Shown here in pieces: positions 11,060 to 19,168 of a stretch of DNA of 64,000 bases. The stretch spans positions 32,001 to 96,000 of the forward strand of contig JBNKHE010000009.1 of the NCBI GenBank assembly GCA_050290185.1, in the 5' to 3' direction. Numbering within the stretch: position 1 is the stretch's first letter; each line of letters begins with the position of its first letter. The DNA is from Pontiella sp. (GTDB lineage: Bacteria; Verrucomicrobiota; Kiritimatiellia; Kiritimatiellales; Pontiellaceae). The notes beneath the pieces are model-generated. The model made no database searches. It was given only the letters and a program-made list of their open reading frames with translations, and was not told the origin of the DNA. The translations under genes were made by a program, and so were the position numbers.

Positions 11060-12031
11060 TCAGGGTTGTTCGAAATAGACAACCCCTTGGCGGGGGCAGA
11101 CAGTTACAATATATTTTTCGAGCATTCGGCGTCCGGCGCGGGGGAATAGGTCCTGTGCGGCCAGCACTTCAGTGGGTACTTTGATAAATACCACTTCCCC
11201 CAGTTCAACCTGCTCTGTGACCGGTTCGCGAGTATCGCCGCGCGCAAAGGCATAGTCGCCGGCAAAGTCGAGTACGATGGGCACAGGCTTTCCGAAAACA
11301 GAGCCCTGTACGGCGAGGCAGTCCCGGCATACGGTGGAGACTCCGACCTGACCCATCAACCGCTTCTCGTCGGGGGTATAGGGTGTGCTGGAGGAAAAAC
11401 GGACGATCCCGTCGCGCAGGTTGAACTGGATGTATTGGAACTGCCGCAGATTGTCGTACCCGAGTACCGCATCCACTCGCGGGACCGTACTGCTGTACAC
11501 CACCGGTTTCATTGTTCCTTTGGCCATGCGAATATAGAAGGGGGTATTGTTCAGGGTTAGATCATCAATCTGGAGGAGGGGAATGATTCCCGCAAAGGCA
11601 TTGGCGCCTTCGGTACTGGCGGTGCCGAGATAGGTAACGACCTGGCCTTTATATTTGAGGAACGTGAGGGCATTCTTTGCCGCACAGGAATACTGCATCC
11701 ATGACGCATTGGAGGCGGTATCCAACAGCACGGTCATGCGTTTGCGGCGCGATTCTCCTTGCAGTTCTATGATCGGCAAGCCACCGGGCTTGAAGGTCCG
11801 GGAGGCCGACTGGTTGGCTTCGAGCAATGTGGCTCCGAAATAGGGCATGCCGTTGCCATAGGGAAACGAAAGCGAGTATCCGAGTTCCTCCAGCGGACGG
11901 GCTTTGGCCACCAATGCGTGTTGTTCCCGGTTGCCCAGAAACGATTCGTATTCCGTGCGGTCGCCGGTGGAGGTGCACCCTGCGGCCAATGCCGTTAACA
12001 GTAGGATTGTAGACGTTGGAATCAACTTCAT
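11060..12031 (-). CDS. Lipoprotein with a two-lobed aspartyl-protease-like (retropepsin-like) fold and degenerate motifs
   Basis: Signal peptide with lipobox LAAGC; VLLDTAS and VLDFAG resemble D-T/S-G motifs; AVLGYDNL resembles the hhG motif. Confidence 0.6.
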   Translation of the reverse strand: MKLIPTSTILLLTALAAGCTSTGDRTEYESFLGNREQHALVAKARPLEELGYSLSFPYGNGMPYFGATLLEANQSASRTFKPGGLPIIELQGESRRKRMTVLLDTASNASWMQYSCAAKNALTFLKYKGQVVTYLGTASTEGANAFAGIIPLLQIDDLTLNNTPFYIRMAKGTMKPVVYSSTVPRVDAVLGYDNLRQFQYIQFNLRDGIVRFSSSTPYTPDEKRLMGQVGVSTVCRDCLAVQGSVFGKPVPIVLDFAGDYAFARGDTREPVTEQVELGEVVFIKVPTEVLAAQDLFPRAGRRMLEKYIVTVCPRQGVVYFEQP

Positions 12032-12280
12032 GGTGTTTTCCCCTATTTTATATGATAAGCGATCATCATGGGTTTTCTGGGTTGCTTGGTCAAATCTTGA
12101 ATAAGCTCCATGGCTCATCAAATATTTCTGTAGGGTCGGTTTAATTAAAAGAAAAGCCGACGGAATGCCGTTTTCTTTCTTTTTTTGGATGGATGTCTGC
12201 GCATATATGATAATTTCCGGCGTTTCCAAATGAATTTATGCATATGAAATAATGCCCGATAGGGATGGAGAGATCGTGTT

Positions 12281-15200
12281 ATGAAGATCCGGACTGTTGT
12301 TTTTGGTATGGTGTATGTGCTGTCGGTTGTCGCTGGACGGGCTGACTACCTGATCGACTTTGGTAATTATGTTGAAAACATAGTCACCGATACGAGTTAC
12401 GGGGCGAACGATGTGTTCATCGGAATCAATACCTCCACGAACGGGTTAAGGGTCTATAGTGGAAAAAGCGCGTTGGCCAACGCCTTGGTTGTGGGATATG
12501 CTTCAGGTTCCACAGGAAATTTTGTGGATCTTCGAGACGATTCCAGTCTGTTTTTGTCGGACCGGCTGTGTGTGGGGTACGATTCTTCCGGCAATACGCT
12601 GACCACTTCCGATGGAGCCTCGGTGCGTTCGAGTGGTTCGGGATTCGTCGGGTTCTTTGAACAGGCCGAAAACAACACCGTGGAGATCCGGGGGGCTGAG
12701 TCATCCTGGTTTCTGGGGGGGGATCTGTATGTTGGTTTGAACGGCAATGATAATAATCTCCGGATCGCCGACGGCGCTTTGCTTGTTACGGGCGGCTCGC
12801 TCATTATTGGGGACGGAAAAACAGCGGACAACAACACGATGACGGTTTCGAACGCCGGTTCATATGTCGAATACGACGTGTTTGTCGGCAGCGTAGGCGA
12901 AGGAAACCAGTTGCGTCTCGTGGATGGATCCACGCTCGATTCATTAAACGGTTTCGTGGGAGTAACCAACCTTGCAGACGACAACCTGATCTATGTTTCG
13001 GGGGGATCCACATGGACAAACTATGGCGGTCTTTACATCGGCAACGTGGATAATACGGGGAACGGTATTACAGTCACCAATGGGGGGGGCATTGTCACAT
13101 ATGATGGGCTGCAGATCGATGGAACCGGCAACACATTCAATCTGGAGCGCGGGGGATCGTTGACGGTGCAGACTAATTTTGATGCATCCATTACCGGATT
13201 CAATTTTAACGAAGGCGGCGCGCTGTATGTCGGAGGGATGCTTACTGGGGCCACGAGCGAAATTGAGGGTGAACGCACTTTGGGCTTGGTTGGTTTCAAT
13301 GGATGGTGGAATCAGGCTGGCAGCAACGTCGTTGTAGGCGGAGCGTCTTCCGGTAATACACTTGATGTCTCGGATGGGGGATGGGTCGATGCGGGTGCGG
13401 TGTCCGTGGGATCAGGCAATGCCGTAACCGGTAATACCGTATCCGTAACGGGCGACGGCGCCGTACTGAACATCGAAGGATCGCTGGCCGTGGGAACGGT
13501 CTCCAATGCGGACAATCTGGTTGAGGTCTCATCCGGTGGAACGATTCTGCTGGGCGGCAATCTGATTATGGGCGGATCAAACAATACCTTCAATCTCGGC
13601 GACGGCGGATGGTTGGTGGCCAGCAACGGCTTAGATGCTTCGGCTCAGGGATTCAATTTCCTTGCCGGCGGTACGCTGGAATCGATGGGAACACTCTCCG
13701 GTCTGGATGGCTCCATCGAAGATCGCCGGGCGGTTCTGCTGTCCGGCAGCAATGCCGTGTGGAATCTGGGAACAAACCTGCTCCAGGTGGGTTCTGCTTC
13801 ATCTTCTAATGTATTGTATGTGACCGATGGGGCCTATCTGGCCAGCGGAGACGCAATAATTGGGAGCACGGGCGCAACCGGAAGCTGGGTCTATGTGGCC
13901 GGTCCGGGATCGGTCTGGACCAACGCCGGCGACCTGTCCATGGAGGGATACTACAATGACCTGCTCATTGAAAATGGCGGGTATGTGGCGGTGGGCCAAT
14001 CGCTCTCCGTTAAGAATGAGTCCGCTATTTCATTTGCTTCCGGCGGGCATGCGACAGCATCCAACTACTTTCAGGATGCTACTTCTATTTTTGCATTCGA
14101 AAACATTACCAACTCGACCGCCGTTCCGGCGTTGCTTGTGGTGGACGATGCGGCCGAATTCGAGGGAGGAGCGACGCTGGAATATACCGGAACTATCAGT
14201 GGTCTGGAGCGGGGAATCACATTCACCAACCATCTGGTTAATGCGGGAACACTGGTTGTGGATGGAGTAACGAACGCTACGGGAACCGATCTGGATGCCT
14301 TGAACATTGCCGGCCTTGGATCGTTGCTCTCCATAGATCTGGTTTCGGAAAACGACGATTTGATTGCCCTCATCACCCGGCTGCGGTTGGCTGATAGCGC
14401 CGGCTTTTCCGCCGGCACCGACATGGCTGGTGTGAGCGAGGAAATTGACCAGATGGCTGATGGCGGCGACCCGCGCTCAGAAAACATGCTGAACACGCTT
14501 TCGCAACTTAATGCAGCCAAGCAGAACTCCGAGTTGTCCCAGCTCTACGATCGTCATGCACCTTCCTATGCCCATGCAAAGGGTATGATTGATGGCTTCA
14601 AGCAGGTTCGCCAGCGCGGAGTCGTTCCCGGTGCCATGCTTCCCCGTGGCGCGTTTGGACCTCATTTCTACAGTACGCAAGTTCAGGGATGGATCAAGGG
14701 ATACGGTAGCTGGGGGCAGCGCGACGGTGCTTCCGCTTTCCCGGGCTATGATCAATCCACCTATGGCGTTGCTTTGGGTGTGGACAAGAGCTATGGCGAC
14801 CTGCTGGCCGGTGTGGCGGGCGGCATGGCCACCACGGACATCAGCCAGGATGACGGTGATAGTAGCGATGCTCAGACGGGATACGGTCTCGTCTATGCCT
14901 CCTGGGGCACACTATCCTGGTTTGGCGACCTGAACTTTGGATATGGCCGCAGCTTGATCAATGACCGTTCGGGTACTTCCTTTAAGACCACCGCCGAATA
15001 CAATGCCGACCAGCTCGGTTTCTATGCAGGCGGCGGCAAGGAGATGGTGTTCATGGAAGACCGGCTCTTCATTACGCCTTCGGCGGCCCTGTCGGGTTCA
15101 TACTATATGCAGGAAAGCTATGTTGAAAGTTCAACAATGGCCCTGCCTCGGCGGGTTGATGAATTCGACTACCTCAGCCTTCAATCTGAAGTGGGGCTCA

Positions 15201-15499
15201 AGGCCAGCTATACGCATGCGCTGAAGCGGTCGGTTCTCGAGCCGGAGGGACATGTCAACTGGATGCACGAGTTCAATGCCGACGAGGAACGCATTGGCTA
15301 TTCGCTTGTCGGAGGCACGGGAAGCTACAGCTTTGGCGTGGCGGCCCCGGTTGAGGATATCTACGAAGTCGGATTGGGACTGGGCTGGTGGCTGCACGGT
15401 CAGCAGAACGTCTATCAGTGGTCGGTTGGGTTGGATGGCCGCTTTGGTGATGGCTATACGGAAACCACCGCCAGCCTGCGCTTACTCAGCCAGTTCTAA
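12281..15499 (+). CDS. Autotransporter (type Va) with a Gly/Asn-rich beta-helical passenger
   Basis: Signal peptide, repeated L.VG..G..N.L.h.DG units, a C-terminal barrel of roughly 270 aa (GWIKGYG..., W.HEF) ending in Phe. Confidence 0.88.
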   Translation: MKIRTVVFGMVYVLSVVAGRADYLIDFGNYVENIVTDTSYGANDVFIGINTSTNGLRVYSGKSALANALVVGYASGSTGNFVDLRDDSSLFLSDRLCVGYDSSGNTLTTSDGASVRSSGSGFVGFFEQAENNTVEIRGAESSWFLGGDLYVGLNGNDNNLRIADGALLVTGGSLIIGDGKTADNNTMTVSNAGSYVEYDVFVGSVGEGNQLRLVDGSTLDSLNGFVGVTNLADDNLIYVSGGSTWTNYGGLYIGNVDNTGNGITVTNGGGIVTYDGLQIDGTGNTFNLERGGSLTVQTNFDASITGFNFNEGGALYVGGMLTGATSEIEGERTLGLVGFNGWWNQAGSNVVVGGASSGNTLDVSDGGWVDAGAVSVGSGNAVTGNTVSVTGDGAVLNIEGSLAVGTVSNADNLVEVSSGGTILLGGNLIMGGSNNTFNLGDGGWLVASNGLDASAQGFNFLAGGTLESMGTLSGLDGSIEDRRAVLLSGSNAVWNLGTNLLQVGSASSSNVLYVTDGAYLASGDAIIGSTGATGSWVYVAGPGSVWTNAGDLSMEGYYNDLLIENGGYVAVGQSLSVKNESAISFASGGHATASNYFQDATSIFAFENITNSTAVPALLVVDDAAEFEGGATLEYTGTISGLERGITFTNHLVNAGTLVVDGVTNATGTDLDALNIAGLGSLLSIDLVSENDDLIALITRLRLADSAGFSAGTDMAGVSEEIDQMADGGDPRSENMLNTLSQLNAAKQNSELSQLYDRHAPSYAHAKGMIDGFKQVRQRGVVPGAMLPRGAFGPHFYSTQVQGWIKGYGSWGQRDGASAFPGYDQSTYGVALGVDKSYGDLLAGVAGGMATTDISQDDGDSSDAQTGYGLVYASWGTLSWFGDLNFGYGRSLINDRSGTSFKTTAEYNADQLGFYAGGGKEMVFMEDRLFITPSAALSGSYYMQESYVESSTMALPRRVDEFDYLSLQSEVGLKASYTHALKRSVLEPEGHVNWMHEFNADEERIGYSLVGGTGSYSFGVAAPVEDIYEVGLGLGWWLHGQQNVYQWSVGLDGRFGDGYTETTASLRLLSQF

Positions 15500-15826
15500 A
15501 CCTTGTTGTCTAGCGGTACCGTTCGTAATCGCAGGGCATTGGTGATTACGGAGACGGAGCTGCTGCTCATGGCCGCGTTCGCCGGTGTGGCCATGGTGTT
15601 AAATGACGTCCACGAACGCACCCGTCTCCTCGTCGCGACAGACGCTTTCAAGCTTGGCGATCTTGGAGCAGGTTTACTGGTAGCGGCGGAGGATGTGCCA
15701 GCGGTCCATCTCGAAATCGGAGAGGTTGCCGACCATGGTGCCCTGGCCGAGGCCGACCATGCGGTTGCGGGTGTCCTTGCCGAACAGCCAGACGACCATC
15801 TCAACAATCGTATCGGGAACACCCAT
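15496..15826 (-). pseudogene. Chimeric relic: internally deleted Na/Pi cotransporter 5' end, an unknown gene fragment and a heavy-metal P1B-ATPase C-terminus
   Basis: MGVPDTIVEMVVWL|FGKDTRNRMVGLGQGTMVGNL aligns with MNAPDTLTELIFWL...LGKATHNRLVGLGMGTMVGTL of the gene at 9187-10938. In another frame, AAMSSSSVSVITNALRLR matches the CopA-type C-terminal signature. In-frame stops are present. Confidence 0.75.
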
Positions 15827-15994
15827 ATTATCCCTGTTATCACCTGTAGAAGCTATAGAGGTGCATTGCATTAAGTCAAAGCGGGGAACGTTACAACTGC
15901 ACGTATGTTCCATTGGTTTTTGTTGTCTTTTGTCCGATGGCCGATATGCTCCGAAAGATCTAGCCGGGCGGGCAAACTGAAACTGAGGTGGAGC

Positions 15995-18900
15995 ATGAAG
16001 AAAAGTTGTCTATTCATAATCGTTTGTGCCGTGGCAACGGCGCTGTATGCGGATCAACAGGTAGTCGACACGAAGGTTTACCGGCAGGAGGGGTCCTCGC
16101 TGCGGATCCTGGGCGGTTCGGTGGATTTGCCGTCTACCGGCATCTGGGTGACGGAACAGGACTCTAGCGAAGTCTATTTTGTACCTCCCGACGAGGCGGG
16201 GGATCAGCTTACCGGAAGACGCATGGGCGAAGTCCAGCTGCAGGAGCAGATCAATAGGGCTCAACGCGTGTTGTCCCAACTAAGCTGGCAATGCGGCAAC
16301 TATGCCCATGAACACGGCAATACCGGACCGGCTTCGATTGACGACATGGATGCCAATACATGCAGTTATTTGATAACGAGGTTCAACATGATGCCATGGG
16401 ACGAGGTTGACGGGCTCGTTGATCTATCCGGCCCTTATTATTATCTGGTTCCCCGTGTGCCGTTTGAATTCAAGAATCAGGACCAGTATTCGCGAGCGAC
16501 CAATCATGTTGTCTTGGCATTTGAGCTAAGGCCGTACATTGGCGATGGGAAGCATTGGGTCTGCTATGCCGACGGAACGTGTCGACGGGAGGAAATCAAT
16601 CTGGAACTGGTGGCGGAACAAGGACAGGAGATCCGGCCCGTATTCACGGAAAGACCGCAGTTTGGCAACCAACCGGCAACGTTTACCTATTCCATTCTCG
16701 CAACAAAACCCGAAGGAGCCGAGCTGGGAACGGAAACCGTTTCGCTCAAGAACATCTATACGGGGGAGCGGATGGCTGTTGCCTGGGATCTGCAAACGGC
16801 GAACCTCGATGACAAAAAACTTCTGGAACAACTACGGGAATACCAACTGGACGAATGGTGGTGCTATCTGCAGGTGTCGGATTCTCCGGCTCTGCAGACT
16901 TGGACCGCGTTGGTCGACAACGACGACTCCGGGATGCAAGGCAATCAGCGCCGCGGGGAAAGTACATCGATGTTCGGAGTAATGGGGGGGTATGCAGCGG
17001 TTCGGGAAACCTTGCAGATGCAGTTGATCGGTTCCATTAACAAAGTCGAGGAACGAACCGTGCCGATCGGTTCGGTGACCGGGGTGGAGGTAAAGTCGCA
17101 TCCGTACGGCGAGATGCTGGGAGACCGGCAGGGCGGATCGCTCGCCTTGGCCAATCTAGCCCCAAAAGACCACTTGTTCGTCTATCTGGCCAAGCCGGAA
17201 TCCATGCTGGCCATGCTGGGCTCCGGTGCCGACTTTGCGTCGGAATTGGGAAGCGCGATTACCGGCAACAGCATCAAGTATTATCTCAAGGCACGCTATC
17301 TAAAACGGTTGGGCATGGACGAGGAATGGCTGGAACGCCTTCTTGAATGCGGTGGCGTAAAGGAGTGCGCGTTGTTTGCGCCCGACATGTTCTTCATCGA
17401 TGGCACCGACATCACCGTAGTTTCGCGCATGTCCAATGCACGGTTGATCATACCCCTGTTGAAAGTCCTCGGCATACCCTCTCTGTCGGACCAAAAAATT
17501 GCCGAATTTGAAAACAAGGAAGGATACAAAACCTACTGGACCATACGCGACGACCTGCTGTTGCTAGGCACCAGCGAAAAGGAACTTCAGCTCGTACTGG
17601 ATCTGCACGCCAATGGCGGCGAAGGCAGCCTTGGGAAGAGCTCCGAATTCCGCTACATGTTGACCCGGTTGCCGGCCAGTGATATGACGCGTTGCTATGC
17701 CTATTGTTCGGATCCCTTCATCCGCCGCCTGGTCGGTCCGGCAACGAAAATCGGACAGTTGCGCCGGGTTGATGTCATCAACAAGCTGACATTGCTGACT
17801 TCAGGTGCATTGCTGGCCATGCAAGATGGTTTCGGCAAGGTGCAGTCGGTGGAAACCCTAAAACAACATGGATACCTTCCGGCGACGTTCGAGGCGGGGA
17901 ATGAGTATTCTCTTGATGCCAATCTGGTCGCCCATTCGAAGACCTATGGAACACTGGCCAATCTGGCACCCATTGGAAGCGTGCCGGTTGAAATGGTGAC
18001 CAAACACGAAGCGGAAACCTACGGAAATTATGTCCGGAACTATTCCCGCTTCTGGCGCCAGTTTTTCGATCCCATCGCATTCCGGCTGGACGATACGTCC
18101 GACGGTTCGCTGGAGGCTGGCGTGTATATCCTTCCGCTGATCGACAGTTCGATCTACGGCGGATTGCGGCAATTTGTCATGACGCAGGAAGATGGCTTTC
18201 CGATGAAGACGCCGGTTTTTTCTCCCGATCCGGTTCTGCGGTTTTCAATCAACTTGAAGGAAGAAGCATGGCAGGGTATTGCCGAAAGTATGTCGGAAAT
18301 GCTGACCCATTATGTGATGGTTGATCCGGCCATTCTCGATGATCTTGGATCCAGCATTCACTTGAACATCAACGATGGCGATCCCGTGGTGGCTTTGGGA
18401 AGCGGTGATATCCTGGGTGCATTCGGCGGCATGGCGAGTGGCATGAATGAAGATATGGTTATGATTCCGCTAGTTCTTTCGGTACTGACCCGACCCAGCA
18501 CCATTGCCATTGAAACCAGCGATCCGGAGAAGACCACCATGTACCTGCGCAATGCTGCGGATTCGGTTTCCGACAGGCGTTGGTGGGGAGAAGACATCCG
18601 GTCTGAAATCTACCAGATCGACGGGCGCGATTCCTGGGTTTGCCTGTTCGACATCATGGGCATGGTGCAGCTGCGCTATGGGCTCGAAGTCAAGGATGGG
18701 TTTCTCTTGATCCGTAATATCCCATGGTCCAGCAAGGACCGGATTGCAAAGGTTGAAACCGCCGAACTAAACGGCATGGGGCTGAAGGTTTGGCCGAGCA
18801 CATGCAACCTTCAATTGCCGGGACTGTTCTCTACTGCAGCGGAAAAGGAGCGTATGGCCACGTTGCAAGGCATGGGCTTCCTCTATCCGCTGGTCGCCAG

Positions 18901-19168
18901 TGGCTATACCTCCCTCGACACGGCCTTCGACCAGTACATGAACCTGTTTGGCTTTACACCCGCCCGGGCTTCCGGTGATCAGTGGACGTGGACCAATGCA
19001 ACCATCGAAAGCTCGCGCTATGGCTCCGTTTTCCAGAAACGGCAACCCGCCTACACGGGCGATAACAATTTCGGATTGATGGATGCTATTCAGGATCTGG
19101 CGTTGCAGATGCAGTTTGAGGAAACCGGCCTGCGTGCCACGATCAAGTGGAAAACCCGCCCAGAGTAG
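15995..19168 (+). CDS. Large secreted hypothetical protein (about 1057 aa)
   Basis: Long ORF with a signal peptide (MKKSCLFIIVCAVATALYA) and GAGGTGG RBS. The N-terminal part has weak DUF1559/H-X9-DG-like segments (LSQL...NYAHEHG; HWVCYADG). Confidence 0.8.
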   Translation: MKKSCLFIIVCAVATALYADQQVVDTKVYRQEGSSLRILGGSVDLPSTGIWVTEQDSSEVYFVPPDEAGDQLTGRRMGEVQLQEQINRAQRVLSQLSWQCGNYAHEHGNTGPASIDDMDANTCSYLITRFNMMPWDEVDGLVDLSGPYYYLVPRVPFEFKNQDQYSRATNHVVLAFELRPYIGDGKHWVCYADGTCRREEINLELVAEQGQEIRPVFTERPQFGNQPATFTYSILATKPEGAELGTETVSLKNIYTGERMAVAWDLQTANLDDKKLLEQLREYQLDEWWCYLQVSDSPALQTWTALVDNDDSGMQGNQRRGESTSMFGVMGGYAAVRETLQMQLIGSINKVEERTVPIGSVTGVEVKSHPYGEMLGDRQGGSLALANLAPKDHLFVYLAKPESMLAMLGSGADFASELGSAITGNSIKYYLKARYLKRLGMDEEWLERLLECGGVKECALFAPDMFFIDGTDITVVSRMSNARLIIPLLKVLGIPSLSDQKIAEFENKEGYKTYWTIRDDLLLLGTSEKELQLVLDLHANGGEGSLGKSSEFRYMLTRLPASDMTRCYAYCSDPFIRRLVGPATKIGQLRRVDVINKLTLLTSGALLAMQDGFGKVQSVETLKQHGYLPATFEAGNEYSLDANLVAHSKTYGTLANLAPIGSVPVEMVTKHEAETYGNYVRNYSRFWRQFFDPIAFRLDDTSDGSLEAGVYILPLIDSSIYGGLRQFVMTQEDGFPMKTPVFSPDPVLRFSINLKEEAWQGIAESMSEMLTHYVMVDPAILDDLGSSIHLNINDGDPVVALGSGDILGAFGGMASGMNEDMVMIPLVLSVLTRPSTIAIETSDPEKTTMYLRNAADSVSDRRWWGEDIRSEIYQIDGRDSWVCLFDIMGMVQLRYGLEVKDGFLLIRNIPWSSKDRIAKVETAELNGMGLKVWPSTCNLQLPGLFSTAAEKERMATLQGMGFLYPLVASGYTSLDTAFDQYMNLFGFTPARASGDQWTWTNATIESSRYGSVFQKRQPAYTGDNNFGLMDAIQDLALQMQFEETGLRATIKWKTRPE

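Noticed and set aside
15503..15874. 123-aa plus-strand ORF
   Set aside because: It is the antisense shadow of the minus-strand relic, whose pieces match real protein families.
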